Position numbers and translations under genes: made by a program. A DNA stretch of 64,000 nt from Octopus vulgaris (taxonomy: Eukaryota), in contig OX597822.1 in assembly GCA_951406725.2 (NCBI GenBank), positions 6,386,001 to 6,450,000 of the forward strand, given 5' to 3'. Positions within the stretch are counted from its first letter, which is position 1, and each line of letters opens with the position of its first letter. The notes under the pieces were generated by a model. The model had not been told where the DNA came from and ran no database searches. It saw only the letters and a program-made list of their open reading frames with translations. Positions 27,543 through 41,700 of this stretch are shown in pieces.

Positions 27543-28182
27543 GCACATATATATGTGTGTGTTTTTGAGTGCTTTTATTCCTTCTGTCTGTAAAATATTT
27601 AGTTCTTGTAGTTGGTAGGAATACATGTAAAATTTTATTTCTTGTAGTTGGTAGGAATACGTGTAAGAGATCCATAAATATTGAAGTCACTCATTTCATT
27701 AGTTTGTGGTGAGAGAATTGTTTTCTCCTCTGAGTTGTAAATCATTATGACCAAGACAGGTAGATGATTTATCCAAACATTTTTGGTTTTTACCGATTCC
27801 AGTTGATATCTACTTGCTTTTCATCTCGTATATTTTATTTTATGTTCTACTGCAATATTTATCCAACTCTGTAGTAGATCTAGGGTCAGCTTATATATTA
27901 TTTAAACAAAATTTTTCATTCGCAATGTAGATATTTTCTATTTTTATTTTATTTTTCCGAAACGTGTATGTATTTTTTATGTGATATTCTCAGCTATTTT
28001 ATATTTTGTTTCGTTTAATTCTCTGAAAAACTTTAGTTCATATTCTCTGGCAATTGTATCGATATAGCTTGTTTCTTCCCTCGGACATATGTAATCTTAA
28101 ATATTTGGCTTCCAGTTAAAACAACTGGCCCTATATACATATATATGTATATACAGACATATATATGTGTGTGTGAGCTTAT

Positions 28183-28267
<85 letters not shown>

Positions 28268-30244
28268 TATGTATTTATATACATACATATACAAATCTAT
28301 CTAGGTAGCTATCTATCTATCAAATCTCTCTCTCTCTCTCTGTATATATATACATGTATAGTTAACTATATACATGTATATACTTAAAGAAAGAGTTTTT
28401 AAAATTTATCAGCTATTTATAATGAAATATTAAAATGAAGAACAAACTTTCACAAACTTTTGAGAAAGAAGTTTTCCTTAAAAATGTCAAAAACATCTGG
28501 GAAACGGATTTGTGAGACCCTGTTTGGTTTTATATGATATTTTCTTTAAATTGTCAACAACTTAAAAAGATCTTTCTTTAGAATAACAGCATCAAATATT
28601 GTTTACAGAAACTTACACATATATACAATATACCCCACCACCACCACCACCACCTCAATCTTGTCATCGTCGTCGTCGTCATCATCATCATCGTCATCAT
28701 TTGATGCCTTCTTTCCATGATTGTGTGATTCAGTGTGATAGGGGCCCAGTAAATTGCAAGGTTGCGTCGAGTTCCGGTGTCATATTGGGCCTTGTTCCTA
28801 AAGTCGGATGCCTTTTCTAATGCCAACCACTTTTTTCTGTTCCTTCATATAAATTTGTTTGTAGCGTGGTTTGTATAATTGTTGTTGTTATTTAGTAACA
28901 GATCATATCTAATGACGAAGAACCATAACAACAGCATTCGAATATGTATCAGGACCTATGTTATCTAATCTGGCCTTCCTATTATAAAACGCTATGATGT
29001 AACTTCAGAGTTTTTCGGTTGCTGTCTCCAGTCGGTAGAGCGACTGCAAAGAGTGTACCTTGTTTGTATGTTGATTATAGTGTAATGAAGTGTTGCGTGT
29101 CTTCTCTTCTATAGCAATATGCAACACTTTTTACCATGGCGTGATGTTGCGTTGTTGTATTATATCGTGGAACAATTTGTACTACGGTTTCGTGTGCTTT
29201 CTGGTTCTTTTGTAAAGTAGAATATTTTGCACTGCATGGTCACGTTGCGTGCCTGCTTGTCTTCTTTTCGAACGTGGAATGTCTTTGCTAAATTTTTGTG
29301 GTATTTATTCCTTTCTTTTATATATTTTTCTTTCTACATTATTCAATTGTTACTTTTAAATAACACTTGATCTTTTTTCTTCAATAATGCTTTTGATTTG
29401 TCGTCTAAAATTGAGATTGATTTCCTTACCAAATTTACTAAGTCAATTCTGTAAAGCTGCCCGGAAGGCTTTGTCTTTTAAGTACTTGGCTCTCACATTT
29501 TCCCTATTTCAAATGTTTGTTTTCGTTGCCATTTTGTCTTAGCAACAGTCCATTTTAAACTTTTCTGTCTCGTTATATCTCGTCGACATGTTGGTCCCCC
29601 GTTGATTTTTCGATTCAAACCGATCATGGAAGTGGCGTTGTCATAAAACCTTGTATAATAAAATATCTAGAAAATTTATATTGGTTTAATTAATTATGTC
29701 TAGTCCCCTGGAAATTTTCGGAATTTTTCAAATTAACTTTTCTTTATTTCTCTCATAGACATCGTGATAGTTGCGATTGGACAGGTATTAAATAAACAGG
29801 ACAATCGTAGTAAAACTCTACCCCGGGGTGGTGATAACGTTAATCATAATATTTCAAAGATTAATTTCGATTAAATGAAAATTGCCAAATAACTTAGTTT
29901 TCCTTCGTGTAATCGGTTTCATTTTATATTATATAAATTCTTCGTGTATTTCTATTTGACACCGTATTTATAGTAACGAAAAATATTTTCCTTTCAATCA
30001 CCATATTTCTCTCATTTTTCGTTACCTTTATTTATCTTCTGTTTTCATTCCTATTGGCTTCCATATTTCGTTGTCAACTGTTTTTCGCTTAGCAAACTCC
30101 TCCTCCTGCTCCTTCTTCTCCTCGCCCTTCACCTACTCCATCACATCTTACTTTACAAAATATATACCATACATTCCTGTTAAGGTGAATTGTCTATACA
30201 AAATGACTGCTGTGCCTATAAAAGCTGTCTCGTAGTAGCATATA

Positions 30245-30632
30245 TCTCTCTATATATAAACGGCAGTTTGTCTGTGCGTGTTTCTGTGTGTCTGTTTTCT
30301 CGTACCCTCACCCTGACCACGGCTTTCAACCGATTCTGATGAAACTTGACACACACATAGCCCAATGTCATAATTCAAAACTAACGCAGCGAAAATTTTG
30401 AAAAGTTAACCCCAGTTCTGAAAAAAATCGATAAATTCGACATGGGGTCGAGAATCAAAAAAAACAAACCACAGACTGTCTAGGGGACGCAACTCAACCT
30501 TTTTTTACTCTCAAAAAAAAATTTACCATAATTTTTTTTCCATTTTTTTGCTATTTTTTGGCTATAACTCTCTAAAAATGCTTTATAGTTATTTCCCTTA
30601 CAAACCTGAGCAACGCCGGGCGATACTGCTAG
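30245..30632 (+). mobile_element. Non-autonomous Helitron
   Basis: 5' TCTCTCTATATATAAA preceded by A. Subterminal hairpin CCTGAGCAACGCCGGG. 3' CTAG (30629-32) followed by T. Internal GTCTGT-rich stretch and CCGATTCTGATGAAACTT motif. Confidence 0.85.
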
Positions 30633-31045
30633 TATAGATATAACGGCTGAATATTTGCTACTGAGATTACAATTATAATTGTGGCGTTCTTGATATTAAT
30701 ACCGATTTCCTCTTTTTATATGTCTTTTTATCTTGATAATTCGTCAACTTATTTCCAGTTATTGTTTTGATCAAAAGCGATTGATATACTGAGGATAACA
30801 CGTTCGTTCTCAGTTAACATCTACCAACAATTACTGGTCCGTTTGCTCTAATGTCTGTATAAGTTTGCACATGTATATACTAGACCAGGTAGGGTAAACT
30901 CTTTTCTAGAAGCGGGCCACATTAGACATGGAGCATCATCAGTCAAGTCACACTACTACAAGATTCAAGCTTTTGTACGGTAACATGTTCCTATTTTCCA
31001 AGGAATATAAATCAGTCTATCTATTCGTCATATTTTGAATTAACC

Positions 31046-31364
31046 TAGTGATTCTCAACTATGGACCCCTTTCATTACAATTTTATTTGGGTGGAACCTC
31101 CACAGTCATTTAATATTTTAAATCTATAGGTACTTGGTTTTAGTGGCACTTCTTGCAAAATTCCTATTTTGATTTCATAAATTAACTTTGTAAGCTGAAC
31201 TATCTAAAATGTCAGAGAAAGAAATCTAGCTGTTTCTTGCAGTAAATGCATCTAAAGTCACATTTTTTAACGGACACTTAATATACGAATGTGGATCCCT
31301 AATTTACTATTTTTTTTGCGTGAACCCCTAAAAATTTTGTATGGATCCTGGTTGAGAATCAATG
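31046..31364. mobile_element. hAT-type MITE
   Basis: Terminal inverted repeats TAGTGATTCTCAAC ... GTTGAGAATCAATG (cf. CAGTGGTTCTCAAC) with internal GGACCCC-like subrepeats. No clear 8-bp TSD. Confidence 0.6.
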
Positions 31365-32534
31365 AGAGCCATCGTAGACCATTTTCATCTGGTATTCACT
31401 ATCTAATCATTAACCACTTCCTCACAGGTAACTTTTCATGTATTTCTTTCGTGCACTTATTTGTGCATAAGTTCTAGTCTTGTGCAACAAAGAAGATTGG
31501 TGCTGATATAGTGTATGATTATGAAGTAGCTTTTGCAACTGTGTTGATTCTAGTTTGATCTTACCAAATGTAAGCTTAGTCAGTTTCTTCTATAGTTTTA
31601 GACTAACGTCTCTTGAAATCAGGGCCTTGAAAATGTGGCGACAGATACTATGCTGTTCGTAGTCGTATATGTAGCTCATTGCGATTTACTTTAGTTAGCC
31701 TTCACATTTATATGATGTATCCATCTCATCTTCATAAGAACTGTAACTGCCTTACTGAATGTATATACTCTTTGTAATGGTGACCATATTATCTGCCACA
31801 TGTGCTACATGAGTTTTCGAGTCATGCATGAACGTAAAGCGATTTATTGGCCTTCCGTTCCGAATCAAATTACATAGAATTCACACCGGTTTCTCTGTTA
31901 TGAGAACCAGTCAAAATCACAAGGCAGGGGAGAAGAAATATCCTGGGAAAGAAATTCTTATTGAGATCGGGCTTGTTTTCTTCATTTCTCCTTTTTATAA
32001 TGTTGCGCCCAGTGTGAAGTTTTTCATGAAATGATTGTTATAGCTCCTTATTATTTGATATAAATAGGGCTAAACTTTTAATAACGGTTGATCACTATCA
32101 AACAATTTCTACAGTAATGTCATGGTAAGGTTGGATGTTAATTTCATTTATGCTGTCTTTTAAGTTTAATACGTCTTCAAAAAGTAGTTCGTTGCATCCA
32201 TGTCACTTACAACGCAAATTATACTCTTAATAAGTTTGTGCTGATCACAGTGTATAAACATCAATGCATTGTATATTTTTAAGAAGCAGTGAAGATTGAT
32301 CTATCGGTCATGGGTATGGTATGCCATGTTATTAGTGACTGGTGTTTTTCTTATCTCTAAGAAAGATTCATGATGCATTTGCTGTCATTCCAGTAGGATG
32401 GTCGAGAAATTTGAAAGGACATTGTGCATACTCAAAACATTTCAGCAAAGAAAAGTGACGTGATAGCCCTCGCAAAACCGAACTTTTCCAGCTGTTAGTA
32501 CGTTTGCTAATGTTAGGCTAATGCTAGACTGACA

Positions 32535-32720
32535 GCGCTTGGACTAGTGGTTAACGTGTTGCACTCCCGATCGTGAGATCGTATTTTCAAGTCCCGGGGC
32601 GGGTGGTGCGTTATGTTCTTGAGAATGACACTTCATCCCACTTTGCTTTCCAATTACTTTCACACCTGACTTGTGGTACTCTATACACCTGATAAGGCAA
32701 CGTCGATTTGATGGATGGAA
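32535..32720 (+). mobile_element. Diverged tRNA-headed SINE
   Basis: CTAGTGGTTAA...TTTCAAGTCCC followed by TGTTCTTGAGAATGACACTT (CORE-like segment). Confidence 0.5.
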
Positions 32721-33954
32721 TGAGCTATTGTACTGCACATACATGTAATAAATATTACATATCATTTGTGCATGTTGTTCAGCAAAAAATTCCAGAACAG
32801 TCTTTCTCTGACTTTGAGGAACAATCAGCATCACAATGCTTGGCTATCTTCCATATTTAATACATTTCCCCGTTTCTGCCATTTTATCTTCTGTTTCGAT
32901 GAGTTTCCTCAACAACAGTCTCACAGCGTTCTCAATATCCATTTATATTTCCATTTTAGGTGGTTTATTTTTAATACTCGTTGGTTTCTCCCCTAACAAA
33001 TGTATTGTTTTAAGATACATTCATTCATGATTTTCATATAATTTAAAACGATCTGAGATTTTTTTGTATGAATCTCCCTCTTATTTCTGTGATTTTCTCT
33101 TTTCCCATGAGTTTATGTTTCACAAAAACTTTTATTTCTTCCTTATTTAAATATATGAACTTTCATTGTCTCTTTCGACCCGCATTGCAATATGTTTTCT
33201 CTTTGTATCCGTCCTGTTTTGATTTTGTTGTTCTTATATTTCGCATGGCAGAAAAGCAGACTCCCGCCGCCGCCACCGTCACAACCATCACCATCACCAC
33301 CCGTCTGGTGGGACTCGGATTTTCTAGACGATTGCCGATCTAAATACTTAATATATTTTTGTTTTGTTCCCCTGCTTACTAAATCAAAATCTCACTGACC
33401 TTAATGTTGTCTTTCCGTTCTTGGAGATCGATACGTTAAATACGTTAAATATTTTTTAAATACATATATGGCTATTGATTTAATTGACTATGTATTTCCT
33501 CTACTAAATCTATGGCCGAATGCCAATGTAGGGAATCGTTATTATTTTCCGACTCTGTGGAAATCCGAGTCAGCAATAACCCTAAATCTCACCCTCACCT
33601 GGATAGTACCAGATAACCCGCCTTTTGATATTCTAAAATTTGTTCTCTCCCTTTTTCTATTCAGATAACGCCTGAGCCAAGTTAGCCTTCCTTTCTTCAG
33701 AAGATCGATAAAATATGTGCTAGTTGTACCTTTCAAGAATATTTGTCACCCAGTTATTAGGGTGTTGTACTCACTTCGTGAAGTCGCGAGTTTGATGTTT
33801 CGGTTAGACAACGTCATGTGTTCTTTATCAAGCTATTTCCTTTAAAGTTTAAATAGTGGGATCGATGTAATATACTAGCCCCCTCCCCACAAATTCTAGG
33901 CCGTGTACCTATAGAAGAAATATTAAAAACGAAGGGAATTATTAATACTGTCTG

Positions 33955-34400
33955 AGCGGGGTTGACTGGCACATCATCATGTGAGTGTCAAAGAAAATGC
34001 CTTGCGATATTTGTTCCGGCCTTTTACTTTCTGTGTTCAAATCCCGCGAGGCTCAATTTAGCTTGCTATCCCTCTGAGATTGCAAAAAGTTAACCCGGTT
34101 CAAGTAATGGAATCGATGCTATCGACAAATACTCTTTCCTCAAAGCTGCTCGCCATGCGCCTAAATTAGAAGCGATGATAAATACAATCAAGTGCCGGTC
34201 GATTGGCTGACACATGAGTGTCGGAAAAAACGATTTGCTGTTCCAGTTCTATACATTTCGAGTTCAAATCCTACCGAAATCAATTTTTTGTTCCTTGTAA
34301 TTTCTTGGTAGACAAGAATAAAGTAGTAATCAAATATTGTAGTTAAAGTAATCAACTAAACCACTTCCTTCGAAGTTACTGCCCTGAAGCCTAAATTCGG
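33955..34400 (+). mobile_element. Two tandem old SINE family B-related copies
   Basis: Repeated TGGC...CATGAGTGTC...GTTCC....GTTCAAATCC...ATCGA..CCTAAATT at ~33955-34175 and ~34195-34400. Confidence 0.5.
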
Positions 34401-34871
34401 AAAGGTTGCTAGTGCTGTCTTCTACCGTGAAATACGTCTTGAATTCTCTAGAGGTTAATGAAATTCATTCCCTTTAAGTGTTTTTTAAATTGAATTTCAG
34501 CCAGTAGCTTAAAAGCAACATGAAGAAGACTTTGCAGAGGAAAGGTTAATAAAATATAATGAATAAAATAGGTTAATTTATTTTATTTTACAGAATTATC
34601 TTTTCAGACACATGAATTACGTATAAAGAAAGAGAGAAAGAGAGGAGCAGAAAGAGAGAGAGAGAGAGAGAGCAAGAAAGAGAGAGCGTGAGAGTGAGGG
34701 AGGGAGAGAGAGATGGAGAGCAACCCCCCCCCCTCACAAAAACACAAAACAAAACGGCAAAGCAAAATAAAAAAAAACAAATCTCTCGATCAATAACTAT
34801 ATAGATCGATATCTTATCAGTCGATATTTGAAGATGATAGAAATCGTACCGCAGTAATTAGTACGGCCATC

Positions 34872-34902
<31 letters not shown>

Positions 34903-35204
34903 TGTAGGAGGCACAATCGTAGCAGCAGCAGCAGTATTATCTAGTTGTGCTGCTAGCTCTAATTCTCGACAGCATCATAACCATTTACGTTTAGCAATCA
35001 AAGACAAGTTTAATAAGAGGAATGGTCGAGGCAACATAAACTGATAGATATAACAGGATCATACCATGGAAACCGTCAGCAACCTTCCCCCCGCCAAAAA
35101 AGAAGACAAAAGTGTCAATAAAAACAACATCAGAAGTAAGATGAAATGGTCTCGTGCAGAAGGTCTCCTTAGTAATACTTTCGACAGCAACAGCATTAAC
35201 ATCA

Positions 35205-35640
35205 CCATTACCACCATGACCACCACCACCACCACCATCAATGCAGCCACCACCATCACCACCACCACCACCGACGCCACCACCACCACCACCACCACCA
35301 CCACCACGACCACCACGACGACGACGACCACCACCACATCATTGCCAGCACCGCCGCTACCACGACCACGACCACCACCACCACCATCTGGATTATTACT
35401 AACATTAACACTGTCACCACTGCGACTACCACCACCACATCCGCCACCGCCACCCACGCCACCGCCACCCCTACGGCCACATGCACCAACATCGTCAACA
35501 CTAACCGCTACCGTGAACACCGCTTCCACCTTCATAATTACTTCCACCATCACCACCACCATCACCAACACCAGCACCAGCACCAGCATCACAACCACAG
35601 CCGCCACCATCTCAATTGCCCTCACCATCACCACCACACT
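35205..35640. repeat. Degenerate (ACC)n low-complexity tract
   Basis: Direct reading. Gives the Thr/Pro-rich ORF 35066-35644. Confidence 0.85.
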
Positions 35641-36208
35641 TTGAACACTATCATCCTCATTGTTGTCATGTGAAATAACAACAATAACATTTACAACAAG
35701 AATAGTGGCAGGGCCGCTTAGGGGCAGATATAGGCCGAAACCTATATCTGCTTTACAAACTGCTAAAACTAATAGCTAAATACCTGTCATACCATAAAAT
35801 AAATGAGAGTTACATTGGATCGTTGTGTCGCTTACGTTATGTTACCAAGACAAAGAAAAGGAAAAAGACAGGAGAATAACGCCTGTGATTCATTCGAACA
35901 AAGAAGAGCGATAAAATTGGTTAAGTTAGACCCGAGACAAAGGAAGTGCAATTGTACGGTAATCAGTTGAGATAAATTGGATGGTTTTTAAGAGTCGTTT
36001 CTAGCAAGGCGATCGCGGAGTCTGGTGTTTCCCAAACGAGGATAAATTTACGCTTCTGTTCAAAAGACTGAGAGTTATTCTTTGCATTATTTTTAATCGA
36101 TGGAAACATAAAACAGTAACTCAAAGGACAAAACGTTTCAGGCGGAGAATTTATCAGTTTGAAACACACCATCAATGAAGCACTCGGTCCTTCGGATAAT
36201 TTGTCAAT

Positions 36209-36249
36209 TTCTTCTTCTTCTTCTTCTTCTTCTTCTTCTTCTTCTTCTT

Positions 36250-36280
<31 letters not shown>

Positions 36281-36915
36281 TTCTTCTTATTCTTCTTCTT
36301 ATTATTCTTCTTCTTCTTCTTCTTCTTCCTCCTTCTTCTTCTTCTTCTTCTTCTTCTTCTTCTTCTCCCTTCTTCTTCATCTTCTTCTTCTTCTTCTTCT
36401 TCTTCTTCTTCTTCTCCTCCTCCTCCTTCTTCTTCCTTCTTCTTCTTCTTCTTCTTCTTCTTCTCCTTCTTCTTCTTCTTCTTCTTCTTCTTCTCCTCCT
36501 TCTTCTTCTTCTTCTTCTTCTTCTTCTTCTCCTTCTTCTTCTTCTTCTTCTTCTTCTTCTTCTCCTCCTTCTTCTTCTTCTTCTTCTTCTTCTTCTTCTT
36601 CTTCTTCTTCTTCTTCTTCTTCTTCTTCTTCTTCTTCTTCTTCTTCTTCTTCTTCTTCTTCTTCTTCTTCTTCTACTTCTTCTTCCTCGTCTCCTTCTTC
36701 TTCTTCTTCTTCTTCTTCTTCTTCTTCTTCTTCTTCTTCTTCTTCTTCTTCTTCTTCTTCTTCTTCTTCTTCTTCTTCTTGTTCTTCTTCTTCTTCTTTT
36801 CTTCTTCTTCTTCTTCTTCTTCTTCTTCTTCTTCTTCTTCTTCTTCGTCTTCTTCTTCTTCTTCTTCTTCTCCTCCTCCTCCTCCTCCTCCTTCTTCTTC
36901 TTCTTCTTCTACTTC
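36209..36915. repeat. ~700 bp (TTC)n tract
   Basis: Direct reading. Confidence 0.98.
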
Positions 36916-36940
36916 TGGCTTTGTTTCTATGGTAGAAAGG

Positions 36941-36976
<36 letters not shown>

Positions 36977-37145
36977 GAGTGACTGAGAAGCAGATGCCCT
37001 CAAGATGATGCTGGGGATGCAAATATACGAAGCCCAATATACCCATCACGTTAATTCATCTGATAAGTTCACACCAGTCACTTGCATCAGAACAATATTT
37101 CCCTAATAATCATAAGAGCTATGATGATAATAATGATAATAATGA

Positions 37146-37324
37146 TTTCAAATTTTGCTACAAAGGTACAAATTTATTGGGGGAGGGGTTGAGTCGATTA
37201 CGTCGACTCCAAAGGATGCAAGGCAAAGGTGACCTCGATAGAATTTGAACTCAGAACGTAGAGACGGCTGAAATACCGCTAAGCATTTCGTCCAGCATGC
37301 TAACAGTTCTGCCAGTGCGCCGCC

Positions 37325-37326
<2 letters not shown>
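37146..37326 (-). mobile_element. SINE family B copy flanked by TAA-type repeats
   Basis: Reverse complement GGCGGCGCACTGGCAGAACTGTTAGCA...GAGTTCAAATTC..GTCACCTTTGCC. Confidence 0.8.
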
Positions 37327-37397
<71 letters not shown>

Positions 37398-37582
37398 GGG
37401 CCCCTTCATAAGCAGCTCAACAAACTCCCTTGCAGTGTTAACGTGGGAGAACTTCAGATAATAGTGCTGCTAGGTTCCGCACACATTTTACGCCGTGAAC
37501 TCTCCATGAAGACCTGCTGTGACCCTTGGGTTAAGGGATGACCCCGGCTCAGCAGAAGACAACGGGCCTTATTTTAATTTAA
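37398..37582 (+). mobile_element. R4/Dong-clade LINE, short 3' fragment (subfamily 1)
   Basis: ELQIIVLLGSAHILRRELSM is the conserved C-terminus, followed by a 3' UTR. (TAA)n on both sides. Confidence 0.8.
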
Positions 37583-37619
37583 AATAATAATAATAACAAC
37601 AAGAACAATAATAATAATG

Positions 37620-38706
37620 AAGTCATAAAGATTAGTAAGAAATTCAAAAAGTCTCTTGACCTACAAGTTAACAATAAGTATGACCAAAGACGCCCAACTA
37701 CTGACAGATCTACCATTGCTTCTCCTCCTTTAGAAGTTATCAATCAGAAAGACCAACGAGGTCCAAATAGTGACAAACCTATCATTGATGCAAAAAACAT
37801 CAAACAAAAGCAAAGAATGTTTGCATGAATAATATCGAAGACAACTGGAAAGGCAAACTCCTGCATGGAAGATGCCCTAACTGCCTGTCCATGCCAGATA
37901 TTGATCAAGGCCAAACATACCAATGGCTACAAGGGACAGGTCTGAAAGGGGAAATGGATGGTTTTGTTACTGCAGCGAAATATCAGAGCTCACCTACCAG
38001 AAATTACTATGCAAACATCCTTAAATATGGATCTGACCCTTAGTGCAGATTTTGCTGAAAATTCAGACACAATTGATCATGTTGTTTTTTGCTGCCCAGT
38101 CCACGCTGAAAAGAAGTACCTCATAAGGCATGACAGATTAGGGCGGTACATCCACTGGAATACTTGTAAATGCTACAAAAATAAACCCCAAGATAAGTGT
38201 TACCGGCAACATCGAGAGGATGTTGTAAATGGCGAGGACGTCACTATTCTTTGGAACTTAGACAAAACAGATACAAGACAAACACATTGACTCCAATCGA
38301 CCAGACATTGTGATCAAGGACTACAAGAGAGGAACTTGTCTGTTAATTTATATATCAATCCCACAAGATCAAAATGCCTCAAGAAAAGAATACAAAAATC
38401 TCTCACTAAAAAGATCTGCAAATTGAAATCACCAAATGAAAGCTTAGTACTACGATAATTCCAGTAGTAATTGGTCCATTGGGAATTATAAAGAAGGGGG
38501 TTGAGGAGTATATTAAGCAACTCCCTGGTAACCCCAATCTTCGTGAACCACAAAAGATTACCTTGGTATTAGGGAAAGCACTCTCTATCTAAAATGGAAT
38601 AAATGTGGTGATAATTTTGGCATGCATTGCAAAGCAAAAGTGCCCTTGCTACTCTTCGCCCAGCACTAAAGCGGCTAAAATAAAGCTATACTAAAAAGAA
38701 ACCATC
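37620..38706 (+). mobile_element. R4/Dong-clade LINE 3' fragment (subfamily 2), decayed
   Basis: WKGKLLHG..QWLQGTGLKGE..AA..Q..PTRNY, C..C..TIDHVV..CP, RHDRLGRYIHW, TILW, NRPDIVI. Frameshifts. (TAA)n on both sides. Confidence 0.9.
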
Positions 38707-38760
<54 letters not shown>

Positions 38761-38764
<4 letters not shown>

Positions 38765-41700
38765 CAGAGCTCAAAATGGACCACCGACCATAACTCCCAA
38801 GAATCAAAATAAACGAAATAACAACACCTATTATAAACAGCATAAACCTAGCCGTCACGGAACTGATAGCCACTGAATTAAAAAAAAGTGATATCACTGA
38901 GCTAAATAACCTAATATACGCAGCAGCCACTGCAGCCACAAAAGAAGCTGGATACTCACCCAAACCCGCCCAAACAGGAGTACCACCACCCAAACAAACC
39001 CTGTGGATAAATAACATCCAAAGCAAAATAAAAAAAATTAGAAAAGACCTGTCGATTCTTAATGAAATCAGCAAACAATCAACGCTACTGAGCAACAAAA
39101 AGAGAACAAAAATACTCCGCAAATATAACATCACGGAGAAAGATTTGCCTGAAATAAAAGAAAAGCTGAAGCAAGATATCCTTGCCAAAGCACAAAGGAT
39201 CCGCCGGTACAAGAAACGCCAACGCTTCTTTGAAGAAAACAAAAAGTTCAACTCCAACCCCAAAAGTTCTACCAAGAACTGGGCAAAAATAAAATAGAAG
39301 TCACTGCAGCACCAACGGCAGAAGAATTGGAAGAATTCTGGAGAGAAATATGGTCGGCGAAAGAACCACCAAAAAAAGGAGTATCAAAATAACAAACTCG
39401 GCATCTGAACAACTTTGGACCCCCATAACAACTGAAGAGGTCACCCAGGCACTGCAAAGACTAAGCAACTGGAAGGCACCTGGGCATGACAAGATCCCCA
39501 ACTTCTGGTTGAAATATCTAACAGGAATGCACAAAAAGCTGGCTGAAAACTTTAACAACGTACTAGCAGAGCCAGAGACAATGCCTGAATGGCTCACGAA
39601 GGGGAAAACCATCTTAATTCCCAAATCAAATGAAACAGAAAAACCAGAAAACTACAGACCAATAACCTGCCTCCCTACTATGTTCAAGGCATTTACTGCA
39701 GTGATATCACAAAGGCTGAACAAGCACCTGGACGAAAACAAACTCTTCCCAGAAGAGCAGAAAGGATGCCGCAAAGGCTCATATGGCTGTAAAGATCAAC
39801 TAATGATTAATAAAGCCATAACTGAAGACAGACACAGAAAGAAGTAAGGCCTCAGTATGGCCTGGATTGACTACAAAAAGGCGTTTGATAGCATCCCCCA
39901 CACATGGATCCTCGAAACACTAGCCATTAACAAAGTAGCACCAACAATCATAAAATTCATAGAGCACTCTATGAATAAATGGCAAACAGTCCTACACCTC
40001 CAAACAAAAGAGGGACTCATGAAAACCAAAGACATCCCCACTAGAAGAGGAATATTCCAGGGAGACACGCTCTCTCCACTCCTTTTTCTGCTTGGCACTG
40101 TCACCTCTATCTGATATGCTAAATAGAACTGGATGCGGATATAAATGTTACGGCAAAACGATCAGCCACCTTCTATATATGGATGACCTAAAACTATACG
40201 CTGCAAATGACAAACAGCTGGAAACACTATTAAAGACAGCTCATGGATTTACCAAAAAATAGATATGAAATTTGGATTAGAAAAATGCGCCAAAGTAACC
40301 ATGAAAAGAGGAAAACTAGTTAAGAGTAACAAGATCACACTAGATAAAACCAATGAAATAAAAGAATTAGACTAAAGCCAAACTTACAAATACTTAGGAA
40401 TCCATGAACTAGATAAGACACAACACACACAAATGAAAGAGAAAATAAAAAAAGAATATTATAGACGAGTTAGATCAATACTAAACACAGAGCTCAATGC
40501 TAAAAACAAGATAATACGTATCAACACTTTAGCTGTCCCAGTTATAAGTTACAGCTACAATATCCTTAACTGGACACGAAATGAACTGACCAAAATAGAT
40601 AGGAAAACAAGAAAAATACTGACAGGATCTAGGATGCATCACCCAAAATCTGACATAGAAAGACTATATATACAACGTATAGAAGGTGGTAGAGGCCTTA
40701 TACAGCTGGAAAACTACTATAAAATAACCACCATAGGACTGCAAAAATACCTACTTCAGAAGGAAGGAAAACTGATCCAGATAGCGGCAAAACACGAGCA
40801 AAACAAAATACTGTTCTCAGTATTTAAGGAAGCTGACAAATACAAACAAGAAATCATACCACCTAATAAACATGAAGAAGAAGAAGAAGATGAAGAAACA
40901 ACAAAAGCTATAAAAAAAATGAAATCCAAAGTAAAAATAGAACAGCAACGAACCATGATAAAACGATGGCAAGAAAAGCCCCTTCATGGTAAATACTGGA
41001 CTAAACTAAACGCAAAAGAAATAGACAAAGAAAAATCCCAGCAATGGTTGAGAAGCTCAGGACTCAAAGCAGAAACAGAGGGATTTTTAATTGCAGCACA
41101 AGACCAAAGCCTCCCCACCAGAAATTACCAAAAACATGTAATGAAAAGAAATATTACAAGTAACTGCAGAATATGTGGAGATGGACAAGAAACAATAAAT
41201 CATATTATCTCTAGCTGCCCAGTCCTGGCTAAGAAGGAATACATTCTCAGACATGACAGAGTTGGAACCTACATACATTGGAAGCTATGCCAACATTATG
41301 GAATAACAACAGAAAAAAGATGGTATAGGCACACACCAGAAAAGGTCACAGAAAACGAGAAAGCAACCATACTCTGGGATATGCCGATACACACAGATAG
41401 AGAAATTAAGGCCAACAGACCAGATATAGTTGTCAGAGACCATGAAGAATAAAAATGCTTTCTAATTGATGTATCAATACCGGCTGATGACAACGTGTCT
41501 CTAAAAGAAATGGAGAAACTCTCAAAATACAAAGACCTGGAAATAGAGGTAACTAGAATGTGGAATCTGAAAACAGAAACAATTCCTATCATAGTAGGTG
41601 CATTAGGCATGATAAAAAAATATTCAGACAAATACATAACAAAAACACCAGGTCTTACAAACACATATAACATACAGAAAATTGCACTACTAGGCACTGC

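Noticed and set aside
30336-30346. CTGATGA inside the Helitron
   Set aside because: No stem II/GAAA/stem I arrangement. Part of the Helitron internal motif.
36159-37003. Poly-S/L/E/R ORFs
   Set aside because: Translations of the (TTC)n tract.
38691-39624. Minus-strand ORFs overlapping the Dong element (also 41296-41727)
   Set aside because: Antisense shadows of an A-rich coding strand.
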